A DNA stretch of 64,000 bases from contig PHSP01000004.1 of assembly GCA_002862125.1 (NCBI GenBank), forward strand, positions 168,935 through 232,934. The letters are read 5' to 3'. Source of the stretch: Methylobacter sp. KS41 (GTDB lineage Bacteria; Pseudomonadota; Gammaproteobacteria; Methylococcales; Methylomonadaceae). The first letter of the stretch is position 1; the number at the start of each line of letters is the position of its first letter. This document shows, piece after piece, positions 30,815 through 42,598 of the stretch. The notes beneath the pieces were generated by a model. It did no database searches. It saw only the letters and a program-made list of their open reading frames with translations, and was not told the origin of the DNA. The translations under genes were made by a program, and so were the position numbers.

Positions 30815-31434
30815 AAGTCTATTTCCAGAATATCAGGCAGTTCATTAATATCATCAGTCCGCGACGGCAAATAACGGCCAAACAACAAGCGGGTATCGTG
30901 CAACGCTGCCAACAAGCGGTCCATGGTTTTTTTGCCTGCAAAAATCAGATTAAACTCCTGTCGTAACCGCTGCCACTCCTCATGGGGCATGGCCATTTCT
31001 ATGCCACGGTCAGGCAGGATATAGACGCTTTGCTCCAAAAATGAGCAATAAATCAATACCCCGGTTTTTGCCCGGGTATGATGGATTCCGCCTTTCTGAA
31101 AAATGGCTCTGGCCATGATTTCAACATTTTTTTGCATCGTGGATTTTTTGATGCACAACCTCGTTATCGCCGGCAGGTGAGCAAAAGCGTAACCAATGGC
31201 AAAGGCGAATACCGGTACGTAATAAATCAGCCAATCTTCAAAAAAGCCGGGCGCGTAAATCATATAGGTATGGCTGAGCCAAGCGGCGCATATACCCCAA
31301 ATTAACGGAATGGCAGGATAAGCATGAGAGCAGGAACGGAGCACCAGAACAACTTCCGCCTGGGAATCCCGTTCTATGGACTTGACAGCGTCCCAGAGAC
31401 GGGTTTGAAAATCTGTTGTGAATTCTTTTTTCAT
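30811..31434 (-). CDS. TPM-domain-like membrane protein whose TPM fold appears interrupted by two TM helices
   Basis: N-terminal ...SQAEVVLVLRS and C-terminal ...TGVLIYCSFLEQSVYILPDRGIE resemble the two halves of the TPM/YgcG phosphatase-like domain. ATGA overlap with the upstream Tim44-like gene. Confidence 0.4.
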   Translation of the reverse strand: MKKEFTTDFQTRLWDAVKSIERDSQAEVVLVLRSCSHAYPAIPLIWGICAAWLSHTYMIYAPGFFEDWLIYYVPVFAFAIGYAFAHLPAITRLCIKKSTMQKNVEIMARAIFQKGGIHHTRAKTGVLIYCSFLEQSVYILPDRGIEMAMPHEEWQRLRQEFNLIFAGKKTMDRLLAALHDTRLLFGRYLPSRTDDINELPDILEIDL

Positions 31435-31495
31435 AAGTTTCTACCGCCGTGCTATATAATCTAGCTTATTAAAATTTAACTCGTAGAGGCTAATC

Positions 31496-32506
31496 ATGGG
31501 ACTTTTTGACGGTTTAAAACGCCAGCTTCGATCAGTAATTGAATGGCATAATCCAGCAGCCAATGCCTTGTTTGAGCAATGGACAGACAATGGCGACGAA
31601 ATCAAAAATGCTTCAACCTTGATCGTAGAACCGGGACAAGGTTGTATCTTTGTCTATCAGGGCAAAGTTCAAGCCGTTTTTGAAAGCGAAGGCTCCTATA
31701 ATCTCAAAACCGATAACATCCCTTTCTGGACCACCGTTACAAAAGTGATGCAGTTTTTTGAAAGCGAGTATAAAGCCAACATCTATTTTTACAGAAAAAC
31801 CACGATACTCGATCAAAAATGGGGCACCACCTCAATGATCAAATACCTTGATCCCAGCTACAAGTTTCCGGTTGGTTTGCGAGCTTTCGGTAATTATAGT
31901 TATCGTATCCACGAAGCGGCTAATTTTTTTGTCAATGTGGTCGGCGGTCAAAATACCTTCACCACGGATGACTTGAGAAAGGTCATCGTCGCCCGGCTCA
32001 GCCAGCCTCTGACTGACTTCCTGGCGACCAGTCATTATGGTTACGTTGACATCGATGCCAATCGCGAAGAAATTGCCGCCGGTGTTCAGGAAAAGCTGGT
32101 TGCAGTTTTTGAGGAACTGGGTTTTACCATCACGGATTTTCGCATTGAAGGAACAGACTTTGATGAAGACACCTTAAAACGCATCAACCGCATTGCCGAC
32201 ATGACTGCGGAAGCTCAGGCCGCTCAACAAGTGGGCTTGGATTATTCACGAGTTCAGCAACTGGAAGCCATGCGCGAAGCCGCCAGAAATGAAGGCGGCG
32301 GCGCAGGCATGGGCATGGGGTTGGGCGCAGGCATCAGCTTTGGACAAAACATCGCTCAAGCCTTCCAAAACAACCCGCAAGCTCCGCAGCAAACAGCTGA
32401 TGACACCGAAGCAAAACTCGAAAAATTAAAAAAAATGTATGATGCGCAACTCATAACAGCTGAAGAATATGCGGCAAAAAAACAGCAACTCCTGAATAGC
32501 TTCTAA
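31496..32506 (+). CDS. SPFH/band-7-like domain protein (COG4260 virion-core-like family) with a C-terminal SHOCT domain
   Basis: N-terminal region typical of the COG4260 SPFH-like family. Gly-rich linker, then a C-terminal KLEKLKKMYDAQLITAEEYAAKKQQLL SHOCT motif. Confidence 0.6.
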   Translation: MGLFDGLKRQLRSVIEWHNPAANALFEQWTDNGDEIKNASTLIVEPGQGCIFVYQGKVQAVFESEGSYNLKTDNIPFWTTVTKVMQFFESEYKANIYFYRKTTILDQKWGTTSMIKYLDPSYKFPVGLRAFGNYSYRIHEAANFFVNVVGGQNTFTTDDLRKVIVARLSQPLTDFLATSHYGYVDIDANREEIAAGVQEKLVAVFEELGFTITDFRIEGTDFDEDTLKRINRIADMTAEAQAAQQVGLDYSRVQQLEAMREAARNEGGGAGMGMGLGAGISFGQNIAQAFQNNPQAPQQTADDTEAKLEKLKKMYDAQLITAEEYAAKKQQLLNSF

Positions 32507-33019
32507 TTTTCGGAAATTGCAAGAGTTGTTCTGCACCGTTAGAGCCCAATACCAACCGTTGCCAATATTACGGCGTGCGTAATAATGTTGATTTGCAGCC
32601 TAATCATGATTACAGTATAAAAAATCCACGTTCCGACCGCATTTATCCACATTGTAATATCGCGTTTGAAACCATTGAACTTAAAGTCAACGGTCCTTTA
32701 TACATACCTCGTTGCCTAGAATGTTTCAGGTTGTTTATTGACCCCGGCAAGATTGAAATTTTACTGAATAAGCGGTTTCCAATGCAGAAACAATCAATCT
32801 CAAACTTATCCGGATTATTGACAATGGCCGTTACCAATCTAAAAAGCAACATACATTCGCTCATCACCCCCCCAATTTGCCGTAAGCAACCGGCATTCAG
32901 TTCCAAATCCCAGGTGCAATCTCTTTTGCTTTTGCACCTGGCCTCTTATACCTTTTTTATGTATTTGCTTGTTATAATGGCCTCAGTTTTAAATGTATCA
33001 ATTCCGATCGAGAGATTTC

Positions 33020-33898
33020 ATGATTCAAGGTAGTATCGTAGCGTTAGTCACACCGATGCATGAGAACGGTGCAATAGATAGGGAAAGCTTAAAAAAACTA
33101 ACCGAGTATCATATTGAGCAAGGTACGGATGCTCTTGTTGCCGTTGGCACATCGGGCGAATCAGCAACGCTGGACGAAGAGGAGCACATTGATGTTATCA
33201 GGTCTGTTGTTGACTTTGCCGGCGGCAGAATACCGGTTATTGCCGGAACGGGTGCAAACTCAACCGCGGAAGCGATTACGCTGACGCGCAGGGCCAAACA
33301 GGCAGGCGCGGACGCCTGCCTGATTGTAACGCCCTATTATAACAAGCCGACCCAGGAAGGCTTATACCTGCACCACAAGGCTATTGCAGAAGCCGTTGAT
33401 ATACCGCAGATTTTATACAATGTGCCTGGCCGGACCGCCTGTGATATGCTTCCTGAAACCGTTGGACGGTTATCCCGGATCGCCAAAATTATCGGTGTTA
33501 AAGAAGCCACCGGCGACCTGTCCAGAATTAGGAAAATACGCGATTTAACAGGCGGCGGTTTTGCTATTTATACCGGTGACGATGCTACGAGTTGCGAGTT
33601 TTGTCTATTAGGCGGCAACGGCACTATAACCGTTACCGGCAACGTTGCTCCGCGTCTGGTCCATGAAATGATTGTAGCGGCAATGGCAGGCGACAAAGAA
33701 ACTGCTTTAGCCATTGACGCGAAATTAGCAGACTTGCATAAATACCTGTTCATTCAGTCGAATCCGATACCGGTTAAATGGGCTGTCGCTGAAATGGGCT
33801 TGATCGATAAAGGCATTCGTTTACCTTTGACCTGGTTGACCGAAGATTGTTTTGATGCCGTACGCAATGCAATGTGCAAGGCTGAAGTCATTCAATGA
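33020..33898 (+). CDS. dapA: 4-hydroxy-tetrahydrodipicolinate synthase DapA
   Basis: MIQGSIVALVTPM... start is homologous to E. coli DapA. Catalytic Lys region present. Start taken at the internal ATG 33020 of the listed ORF. Confidence 0.9.
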   Translation: MIQGSIVALVTPMHENGAIDRESLKKLTEYHIEQGTDALVAVGTSGESATLDEEEHIDVIRSVVDFAGGRIPVIAGTGANSTAEAITLTRRAKQAGADACLIVTPYYNKPTQEGLYLHHKAIAEAVDIPQILYNVPGRTACDMLPETVGRLSRIAKIIGVKEATGDLSRIRKIRDLTGGGFAIYTGDDATSCEFCLLGGNGTITVTGNVAPRLVHEMIVAAMAGDKETALAIDAKLADLHKYLFIQSNPIPVKWAVAEMGLIDKGIRLPLTWLTEDCFDAVRNAMCKAEVIQ

Positions 33899-34629
33899 AA
33901 ATAAAAACCGGTTCGCTCTTTATCGCGTTAACTGCACTGCTTTGTCTCTCAGCCTGCTCTCAAATCAAAGCTTTATTTCCCGATAAAGAAAAAGACTATC
34001 AGTATACAACCGAAATTCCGGACATGATTTTGCCGGATGATCTCAAGAAAAACCAAATTCCGGAGTTGAGCAAAACAGCGCCATCCGCCCCTCCCTCTGA
34101 TACCGCTACGCCGCCGGTTGCTGTTAATGCCCCTGCCGAAGAATCCGCATCCGCAGCCCCGGCGGCAAACGCATCAGCTGCACCATCGCCTGCGGTCGCC
34201 GCGACGCTTGAAAGCGAACCGGAAATACCGGACGCGGCAATCAAGATTGAACGCATTAAATTTAATGAAGGCGAAAACCGCTTGCATATTAATGTACCAT
34301 TTGCCAGAGCCTGGCGTATTGTAGGTAAAGCATTAAGCCGGAATTCTATTGAAGTATCCAAGCGCGATCAGGAGGAAAAACTATACACTGTTCAATATTC
34401 GCCTGATGATCAAAAAATTAAGGACGACTCATACTGGGATGATGTTGTGTTTCTTTTCCGAGGAATTCAAAATTATGAAAGGACCTATCTGATCAAACTG
34501 GATGAAAATAACCGGCAAACCGATATTACTGTCGTTGATGAAGACCGGCAAATGCAGACGGATGCCGGCAGCGTTAAATTACTGACCGTCTTGGAAGAAA
34601 CTATTAAAGCGGATTTAGCAAAAAAATAA
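33895..34629 (+). CDS. bamC: Outer-membrane protein assembly factor BamC (NlpB) lipoprotein
   Basis: Lipobox LSAC, Pro/Ala-rich linker, conserved dapA-bamC synteny with an ATGA overlap. Confidence 0.75.
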   Translation: MKIKTGSLFIALTALLCLSACSQIKALFPDKEKDYQYTTEIPDMILPDDLKKNQIPELSKTAPSAPPSDTATPPVAVNAPAEESASAAPAANASAAPSPAVAATLESEPEIPDAAIKIERIKFNEGENRLHINVPFARAWRIVGKALSRNSIEVSKRDQEEKLYTVQYSPDDQKIKDDSYWDDVVFLFRGIQNYERTYLIKLDENNRQTDITVVDEDRQMQTDAGSVKLLTVLEETIKADLAKK

Positions 34630-34732
34630 CCGGATTCTATTTCGATTTTCTGCTCATCGTAACTTGGCAATCATAACGGCTTGATTCAGATTACGCCAGT
34701 TGACCTGAACCCACATTTACTGTTCTACTCAC

Positions 34733-37700
34733 ATGTTAAAAATCCCTGGAACCCCCGCATTATCAGACTTTCGTGAAAAAAAACTGCTTGCCGGACTGCA
34801 AGCTATAGAGCCAAATATCACCGCCGTTTCAGCACGTTTTATTCACTTTGCCGATATTGAAAATGAACTGAATGAAAGTCAAACAGCTATTTTAAGCCAA
34901 TTACTGGCTTATGATTCCGTGCAATCATCGGCGGACAATCGGGGAGAAATTTTATTGGTCGTACCACGTTCAGGTACGATTTCACCCTGGTCCAGTAAAG
35001 CCACGGAGATCGCCCAGCGTTGCGGCTTGTCTGCGGTTAAGCGGATTGAACGGGGTATTGAATATTCCTTAACGGCCAATAAACCTTTAATGGCATCGGT
35101 TAAAACACGATTATCGGCATTACTGCACGACCGTATGACCCAAACGGTTTTATTTGATAGCGCGGAGCCGGATTTATTTACCCAACACCAACCAGCGCCA
35201 TTAATCAGCGTATCTATAATCGAACAAGGCCGCGATGCGCTGGTTCAGGCGAACTCGCAACTTGGCATGGCCCTGTCGGATGATGAAATTGATTATTTAA
35301 CCGCCAGCTTTCAAAATCTGGGCAGAAATCCGACGGATGTTGAGTTGATGATGTTTGCCCAAGCCAATTCGGAACACTGCCGGCATAAAATTTTCAATGC
35401 CGCCTGGACGATTGATGGCGAAGAACAAGCCAAGACATTATTTAGCATGATACGGAATACGGCTGATAAAAGCCCGGAAGGTATTTTATCGGCCTACCAT
35501 GATAATGCTTCCGTAGCAGTTGGCCCTAAAGCCCAGGTTTTTATTCGCAATGCCTTAACCGGCGAATACGGTTATGTCGAAGAAGACGTCCATTTGCTAA
35601 TGAAAGTCGAAACCCATAATCATCCTACCGCCATTTCCCCTTTCCCTGGGGCTGCGACCGGTTCGGGAGGTGAAATCCGGGATGAAGGCGCAACGGGCCG
35701 GGGTTCAGCAACTAAAGCCGGATTAACCGGATTTTCCGTATCGCACTTGAAAATCCCCGGATTTCCTCAGCCCTGGGAGCAGGAAAACGGCAAGCCCGAA
35801 AGGATTGCATCCGCATTGGAAATTATGCTCGAAGGCCCGTTAGGCGGTGCAGCCTTTAATAATGAATTTGGCCGGCCAAACCTGACCGGCTATTTCCGCA
35901 GCTTCGAGCAAACCGCTCCAGGCGGCGATAGCAATAATTTAAAGGGTTATCACAAACCCATCATGATCGCAGGCGGCATGGGCAACATCCGCCCGATGCT
36001 GATCGAAAAGCAGCCTATTCCGGCCGGTTCATTAATTATCATATTAGGCGGCCCGGCTATGCTCATCGGTTTGGGCGGCGGCGCGGCTTCTTCGCAGGCC
36101 TCCGGCGCAGGATGTGAAAATCTGGATTTTGCCTCGGTACAACGCGAAAATCCCGAAATGGAACGGCGTTGTCAGGAAGTCATCAATCATTGCAATTCTC
36201 TCGGGGACGATTCGCCGATTATCTCCATACATGATATCGGCGCGGGCGGATTGTCCAACGCCGTACCCGAGATTATCCATGACTGCAAACGGGGCGGACG
36301 TTTTGAATTACGGAATGTGCACAATGCCGATATCGGCATGTCGCCGATGCAAATCTGGTGCAACGAAGCCCAGGAACGCTATGTTGTTGCTATCAAGCCG
36401 GATTCGCTGCCGCTGTTTAGCTCATTTTGCGAACGGGAACATTGTCTATATGCAGTCATAGGCGAAGCAACCGATCAGGAACATCTAATGCTCGCTGACG
36501 CATTACTCGGCGGCAAGCCGGTCGATATTCCCATGTCGGTGTTGTTTGGCAAACCGCCGAAAATGCACCGGAATGTCAGACGCATCAAGCCCAAAACACG
36601 GGCATTGGATATTAGCCGCATCAATATAAATGAGGCTGTTAAACGGGTGCTGTCTTTTCCAGCGGTCGCCGATAAAAGTTTTCTCATTCATATCGGTGAC
36701 CGTTCGGTAACGGGACTGGTGGCGCGCGACCAAATGGTCGGCCCATGGCAAGTGCCCGTGGCCGATGTTGCGGTAACCGCATCGGGTTTTTATGCCCTAA
36801 CCGGCGAGGCTATGGCAATGGGAGAACGCTCGCCGGTTGCTGTTATTAACGCCCCGGCATCCGGCCGTCTGGCGATAGGCGAGGCCTTAACCAATCTTGC
36901 GGCAGCCCGCATCGAATCACTTAGTAAAATTAAAATATCCGCTAACTGGATGGCGGCGGCGGGTTTTGAAGGTGAAGATGCAGCGTTGTTTGATACCGTT
37001 AAAGCAATCGGCATGGAATTATGCCCGGAATTGGGCATTGCCATACCCGTAGGCAAAGATTCGCTGTCGATGAAAACCGTATGGAAAGATAACGCCGGTG
37101 AAAAAATAATGACCTCCCCGTTATCTTTGATCGTCACCGCATTTGCACCCGTTCTCGATGTCGGCAAAACGCTGACGCCCCAGTTAAAATGGCTGGATGA
37201 TGAAGATAGTTTATTAATCATGGTTGACTTGGGCCAAGCTCGCTTGGGCGGCTCGGTGTTGGCGCAGGTTTATAACCAAATGGGCGATGACAATAACTGC
37301 CCCGATTTAGACGATCCCGATTTATTAAAAATATTTTTTAATGCCATTCAAATACTTAATAGCCAAAGTAAATTACTTAGCTATCATGACCGTTCTGACG
37401 GCGGCTTATTAGCCACGATTTCTGAAATGATGTTTGCCAGCAGATTAGGGGTCAAGTTATCACTCGATTACTTGGGTGATGATCCCTTGTCAGCCTTGTT
37501 TAATGAAGAATTGGGCGCTGTCTTGCAAATTCGCGCCAGCGACAGTGAACATGTCATTGGCTTATTAAATAAAGCAGGCTTGAGAGACTGCACTTTCTTC
37601 ATAGGCAAGGTCCTGAAGGAACAGAAATTAACCGTCAGCTTTGAAAATGACATTGTTTATTCCGCCAGCCGCGCCGAATTGCAAAGCATCTGGTCCGAAG

Positions 37701-38626
37701 TCAGCTACAGAATGCAGGCTTTGCGCGATAACCCCGATTGCGCCAGACAACAGTTTGAACGTATCACCGACGATAATGATCCGGGCTTAACAGCATCCCT
37801 GACTTTTGATGTGAATGAAGATGTGACTGCGCCATTTTTATCCGCGTCCAGGCCCAAAATAGCAATCTTGCGTGAGCAAGGGGTGAATGGTCATGTGGAA
37901 ATGGCGGCAGCGTTTGATCGCGCCGGTTTTACCAGTATCGATGTGCACATGAGCGATATCGTTCATGGCCGCGTGAGTTTGCGTGATTTTACCGGACTGG
38001 TTGCCTGCGGCGGTTTTTCGTATGGCGATGTACTGGGTGCGGGAGGCGGCTGGGCCAAATCCATTCTTTTTAACCCGCGCGCACGGAATGAATTCGCTGC
38101 ATTTTTTCAGCGTCCGGATACTTTCGGCCTGGGTGTTTGTAACGGCTGTCAGATGATGTCAGGATTAAAGGAAATCATTCCGGGGGCCGAGCATTGGCCG
38201 CGCTTTCTGCGAAATACATCAGAACAATTTGAAGCCCGCGTGGCAATGGTTGAAGTGCAAAAATCACCATCTATATTATTTACCGGAATGGAAGGCTCCC
38301 GGATGCCCGTTGCTGTCGCCCATGGCGAAGGCCGTGCAGAGTTTGCCATAGACCCCCGGATTGCTGTTGATTCGCAAGGCGTCGCCTTGTGCTACGTTGA
38401 CAATTATGGCGCTGTAACTACTGATTTTCCTGCTAACCCTAATGGCTCGCCTTCAGGCGTCACCGGTTTAACCACAAGCGATGGAAGGTTCACCATTATG
38501 ATGCCGCACCCTGAACGGTGTTTTAGAACCCTGCAAAATTCATGGTATCCTGATGACTGGAGCGAGTACGGCGCGTGGATGAGGATGTTCAGGAATGCCA
38601 GGGTTTGGACGCAAAGCTTACGATAA
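34733..38626 (+). CDS. purL: Phosphoribosylformylglycinamidine synthase (large single-chain PurL)
   Basis: 1297 aa. N-terminal PurS-like domain, FGAM synthetase domains, C-terminal glutaminase domain with the GVCNGCQ active-site Cys. Confidence 0.95.
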   Translation: MLKIPGTPALSDFREKKLLAGLQAIEPNITAVSARFIHFADIENELNESQTAILSQLLAYDSVQSSADNRGEILLVVPRSGTISPWSSKATEIAQRCGLSAVKRIERGIEYSLTANKPLMASVKTRLSALLHDRMTQTVLFDSAEPDLFTQHQPAPLISVSIIEQGRDALVQANSQLGMALSDDEIDYLTASFQNLGRNPTDVELMMFAQANSEHCRHKIFNAAWTIDGEEQAKTLFSMIRNTADKSPEGILSAYHDNASVAVGPKAQVFIRNALTGEYGYVEEDVHLLMKVETHNHPTAISPFPGAATGSGGEIRDEGATGRGSATKAGLTGFSVSHLKIPGFPQPWEQENGKPERIASALEIMLEGPLGGAAFNNEFGRPNLTGYFRSFEQTAPGGDSNNLKGYHKPIMIAGGMGNIRPMLIEKQPIPAGSLIIILGGPAMLIGLGGGAASSQASGAGCENLDFASVQRENPEMERRCQEVINHCNSLGDDSPIISIHDIGAGGLSNAVPEIIHDCKRGGRFELRNVHNADIGMSPMQIWCNEAQERYVVAIKPDSLPLFSSFCEREHCLYAVIGEATDQEHLMLADALLGGKPVDIPMSVLFGKPPKMHRNVRRIKPKTRALDISRININEAVKRVLSFPAVADKSFLIHIGDRSVTGLVARDQMVGPWQVPVADVAVTASGFYALTGEAMAMGERSPVAVINAPASGRLAIGEALTNLAAARIESLSKIKISANWMAAAGFEGEDAALFDTVKAIGMELCPELGIAIPVGKDSLSMKTVWKDNAGEKIMTSPLSLIVTAFAPVLDVGKTLTPQLKWLDDEDSLLIMVDLGQARLGGSVLAQVYNQMGDDNNCPDLDDPDLLKIFFNAIQILNSQSKLLSYHDRSDGGLLATISEMMFASRLGVKLSLDYLGDDPLSALFNEELGAVLQIRASDSEHVIGLLNKAGLRDCTFFIGKVLKEQKLTVSFENDIVYSASRAELQSIWSEVSYRMQALRDNPDCARQQFERITDDNDPGLTASLTFDVNEDVTAPFLSASRPKIAILREQGVNGHVEMAAAFDRAGFTSIDVHMSDIVHGRVSLRDFTGLVACGGFSYGDVLGAGGGWAKSILFNPRARNEFAAFFQRPDTFGLGVCNGCQMMSGLKEIIPGAEHWPRFLRNTSEQFEARVAMVEVQKSPSILFTGMEGSRMPVAVAHGEGRAEFAIDPRIAVDSQGVALCYVDNYGAVTTDFPANPNGSPSGVTGLTTSDGRFTIMMPHPERCFRTLQNSWYPDDWSEYGAWMRMFRNARVWTQSLR

Positions 38627-38655
38627 AAATCATCCGGAGCAGAGGTTTTTCAATC

Positions 38656-39126
38656 ATGTTTCTTTTCAAATCGCTAGCGAGAAGACAAATGACTTCAAAT
38701 ACTTATAGAAATATTATCTACAGCTTGGTGGCCCTGACCGTCATTTTTATTATTGCATTGCCTGAGATGGTTCTTGAGTTTTTCCATTTCATCTTTGAAT
38801 TATTGTATGAGCTGGCGGATGTCTCTTTCGAAGGGGCTGAGACTTTATTGGATCACATTGTCGAACACTTATTCGAGACCGGGCTCCATGAAACTCAAAC
38901 CATTGTCTTCTATATATTGATGGCCATCATCGCCTTCCCCGCTTATTATTTAGGCCGCATACTGATTCGCCTTTTTTTCCGGATAAAAAACTCCCTGCCC
39001 GACGCATTGGCGCTATATAAAACCCGCGCCACCATTTTCTGGCGGGAGTTGTCATTAAACGGCAAAATCAAATTCATAGTAATCGCGGCAGGCGCGCTGT
39101 ACCTGTCAACTTTTCTATTCATGTAA
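38656..39126 (+). CDS. Hypothetical small membrane protein
   Basis: Start taken at the internal ATG after the purL stop. 3-4 TM helices. No recognisable family. Confidence 0.4.
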   Translation: MFLFKSLARRQMTSNTYRNIIYSLVALTVIFIIALPEMVLEFFHFIFELLYELADVSFEGAETLLDHIVEHLFETGLHETQTIVFYILMAIIAFPAYYLGRILIRLFFRIKNSLPDALALYKTRATIFWRELSLNGKIKFIVIAAGALYLSTFLFM

Positions 39127-39218
39127 TTTGAGCTGGATTAGCGCCATAGCCGGCCTGAGCAACAGTGGTTGTTGAGTTGCCTGGTTAAATCACTGTCATA
39201 ATCTGTAACGCTTTCATA

Positions 39219-39683
39219 ATGATCACTATTCGATGTGCCGTACCATCCGATGTTCCAGAGCTTGTAGAACTGCTAAAGGAACTTTTTACTATTGAAGCGG
39301 ATTTTGAATTTAATCATGACAAGCAAACAAAAGGATTAAATCTTCTGCTTGAAAGCAAAAACAATTGCATACTGGTCGCCCAATCGATTAGCGATAATAA
39401 AGTGCTGGGCATGTGTACCATGCAAACCCTGATTTCAACCGCTGAAGGAGGCATGGTCGGCCAACTTGAAGATCTGATTGTTGCGGCTGAATTTCGCAAT
39501 CAGGGTATTGCTGCAAAACTTATCACCGAGGCGGTATCTTGGGCTGAACGCCAGGGTCTTAAACGTTTGCAGTTGCTGGCGGATAAAAATAACCTGCCAG
39601 CGTTAAATTTTTATAATAAGCAGGTATGGCAATCGACACAGCTGATTTGTTTAAGAAAGCATGCGTGCCCCGAGAGAAAATAA
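39219..39683 (+). CDS. GNAT-family N-acetyltransferase
   Basis: Acetyl-CoA binding motif (QGIAAKLITEAVSWAERQG) and ~150 aa size. Confidence 0.75.
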   Translation: MITIRCAVPSDVPELVELLKELFTIEADFEFNHDKQTKGLNLLLESKNNCILVAQSISDNKVLGMCTMQTLISTAEGGMVGQLEDLIVAAEFRNQGIAAKLITEAVSWAERQGLKRLQLLADKNNLPALNFYNKQVWQSTQLICLRKHACPERK

Positions 39684-39741
39684 ATCGCCACGGGTTCACA
39701 TAGAGCCGAATCTTTCTAATCAGGAGATGTTTTAGCCATTT

Positions 39742-41532
39742 TCACGGAAGTGTTTTATCGTGAAATTCTGCAAGCGGCATAGAAACGGAATCGTTCCGGC
39801 TTCTCTCTTTCATCCACAACTCAAGCTGATCTGCCGGCAGTGGTTTTGAATACCGGTATCCTTGGACAAACTTGCAACCGCTGGACTTGACTAAGGCCAG
39901 CTCGCTGTCAGTTTCAACCCCTTCCGCAACCAAATCCAGTGATAGGCTTTTACCCAGAGCTGCAATGGCCCGGACAATATCAACGTTTATGGGTTCGCAC
40001 TCTAAGTGGCGAATGAAGGATTGGTCGATTTTCAGCCTGTCGATGGGAAACATTTTCAAATAACTAAGATTTGAATAGCCAGTTCCGAAATCATCAATTG
40101 CTAACTTGACGCCTAATTCATGCAATTCATTCAAAGTGTTAAGAACGATATCCACATCATGCATGAACAAGCCCTCGGTAAGTTCGAGTTCAAGATAAAT
40201 TGGCTGCATGCCGCTGTCCGTGATGATGGAACGAACCATCTTGCAGAATTCGGTTTGGTAAAACTGCATTGCGGAAATATTGACCGATATGGGCATCGGT
40301 TCCATGCCGTTTTCCACCCAGATCATGTGCTGTCGACACGCCTCCTGAAGCACCCATTTTCCAATGGGAACAATCAGCCCGGTTTCTTCGGTAATTTTAA
40401 TAAAATCGATAGGAGAAAGGAGTCCACGTTCCGGATGCCGCCACCTTATCAATGCTTCGTTGCCGATTATTTTTCCGGTGGAAAGATCCACCTGGGGTTG
40501 GTAAAACAACTCGAATTCGTTACGTACCAAAGCCATGCGTAAGTCAGTTTCAAGAGTCATGTGGTTGAACGAATACAAATTCATGCTCGAAACATAATGC
40601 CGGTAAGTATTACGACCGCTGCGCTTGGCTTCATACATGGCTGCATCTGCTTTCGCCAGCAGACCAGTCGACTCAACATCGTCGCAGGGACACATTGCGG
40701 TGCCTATGCTGGCTGTGATGAACACTTCACGTCCCATGATCTGCAAAGGTTCTTTCATTGTTTCCATGATTCGACCGCACAAGATGTTCAGATCGTCCTG
40801 GCAATTCGTTTGCCCCTGCAAGATGGTGAATTCATCACCTGACAGACGCGCGACCGTGTCACTTTTCCGTGCACAGCTGGACAAGCGCGCAGCTACCTCT
40901 ACTAGAAGTTTATCCCCAAACCCATGCCCCATCGAGTCGTTAAAATGCTTGAAGTTATCCAAGTCAATAAACAGCAGTCCCAGCTGTGTTTTTTCACGAT
41001 GGGATTTGATGATCTCCATATCCAACCGGTCCAAGAAAAGCAGGCGGTTGGGTAGCTTGGTCAGCTGATCGAAGTGCGCGAGATGAAAAAGAGTGGCTTG
41101 TTTGCGCTGTGTAATCTCATTCAGTAAGTCAAGGACATTCGCGACACCGATGTATTGTCCGTTATCGGTGGCAATGAATCCACTCATCATATGCTGTATA
41201 CCTGCGTTAACTATGATTGTGGCAATATCATCGATGGTGGTTTCTTTGTCGACGATAATAGAAGACTGATTCATGAAATCCGAAATTTTCTTATTTCCGT
41301 GAAGCTCCTTGGAAAAAGGCTTAATAAAGGTTTCGATAAAAGCTTTTCGATCAACGATACCTAAAGGGATGTTATCACTATTGACCACAGGGAGTGCAAA
41401 AATGTCTGAATTTTCAGAGAATAACTTAAGTACTGCCAGGCAAGGCGTTAGCTCCATTATAGGCGGAATAAATTTCAGCAAAATTATTACAGTAGGATTT
41501 TCTTTATCTTTAGTTAAATGTGTAAACATCAA
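39742..41532 (-). CDS. CBS-pair + GGDEF + EAL domain protein (cyclic-di-GMP turnover)
   Basis: N-terminal CBS pair, GGDEF variant RLSGDEFTIL, EAL motif EALIRW plus the DDFGTG / KIDQSF motifs. The true start may be the internal Met at ~41454. Confidence 0.85.
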   Translation of the reverse strand: MMFTHLTKDKENPTVIILLKFIPPIMELTPCLAVLKLFSENSDIFALPVVNSDNIPLGIVDRKAFIETFIKPFSKELHGNKKISDFMNQSSIIVDKETTIDDIATIIVNAGIQHMMSGFIATDNGQYIGVANVLDLLNEITQRKQATLFHLAHFDQLTKLPNRLLFLDRLDMEIIKSHREKTQLGLLFIDLDNFKHFNDSMGHGFGDKLLVEVAARLSSCARKSDTVARLSGDEFTILQGQTNCQDDLNILCGRIMETMKEPLQIMGREVFITASIGTAMCPCDDVESTGLLAKADAAMYEAKRSGRNTYRHYVSSMNLYSFNHMTLETDLRMALVRNEFELFYQPQVDLSTGKIIGNEALIRWRHPERGLLSPIDFIKITEETGLIVPIGKWVLQEACRQHMIWVENGMEPMPISVNISAMQFYQTEFCKMVRSIITDSGMQPIYLELELTEGLFMHDVDIVLNTLNELHELGVKLAIDDFGTGYSNLSYLKMFPIDRLKIDQSFIRHLECEPINVDIVRAIAALGKSLSLDLVAEGVETDSELALVKSSGCKFVQGYRYSKPLPADQLELWMKERSRNDSVSMPLAEFHDKTLP

Positions 41533-42598
41533 TCACTTCATCTTTGGTCTACTGGGGTTTAATAGTATTAACAATCCCTAAACTTCAACGTTTTTTAGTA
41601 AAATGGAGTATTGTGTTCAGGACTTGATATTCAATGCCCTGTAATTTGGGCATCGTAAATTATTAGATATTAGTGTTACAGAAATATTACCCCCATCCTG
41701 CTTTGAGGGTTTTTGGAACTGTCCGTAATCAACAACATTCATTATGAAGGCAAGTAAGATTGCGTGGCCGCGATAACAAAGTTGTTTGTTACGTCGCCCG
41801 CGAAGCACAGATCACAAGTCTACGCCTGATAAAGCGAACCATCTCCTGCCGCCCATGACTGATGAGGACGAAGGGTATGCACAGCATGCCATTTCCCAAG
41901 CCCGCCACGCCATACTATGAATTGATACGCGGGTGCCGCACCCTTGTATGATTAAATTTAATGAACTATTGCAAGGAGAACAAGGACGAATAAGCAAGCT
42001 ATCAAGCTGCGCCCAAGATTGCAGTTTGCGTATTTTCCAATTTTCCCGGCTTCCTCTTTTATCAAAGGAACCCGATTTGTCAATCAGCGGAATTAACGCA
42101 TGCAAGCGTGCAGTGGTAAAGCCCAAACCTGTTGCTTGAATGCTTTGCCGGGGAAAAACCGCTTGATTTTCCGGCGTATCCGGCATCAGTACCGTGACGC
42201 CATCCACGAAAAGCATGTTCAAGCCATGCCATAGTCAAACCACGGCGCCTGAAAGGTAGTTGCTCAAACTGTAAAAACGACATTTAAAGGTATCGATTTG
42301 CCAGCGAATTCAGGTTCTTATATGATTGGTCAAGGTTGAACCAGTTAATGCATAGTGAAATATCATAAATTTCAATTGTATCCGATTATATCTTAGGTGT
42401 TTAACCTTCATTAATGAGCCTATCTTGCTGTTATTAAAGACCAGTTATATTTAAAACAGCAGTATTAGGACCGGACTCGAATGGTTCTTGAAATATGCTC
42501 AATTAGTGCGGCTTTCCCTTTAGTATGGAATCCGCTACTTTCTGTCCCCATTATAAACCAAAACCGTTAGTCAAAATAAAGCAGGCAATTTTTAAATC

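Noticed and set aside
32575-33033. 152-aa ORF upstream of and overlapping dapA
   Set aside because: Low-complexity, no RBS or family resemblance. It overlaps the well-supported dapA start. Kept only as an unexplained leader region.
36044-37221. Multiple 70-143 aa ORFs on both strands inside purL
   Set aside because: Embedded in a continuous, well-conserved 1297-aa PurL reading frame. No independent signals.
41812-42222. 136-aa minus-strand ORF in the long GGDEF-TSUP intergenic region, briefly considered a transposase fragment
   Set aside because: No transposase motifs could be confirmed by eye. Composition is Ser/Cys/Arg-rich like a spurious frame.
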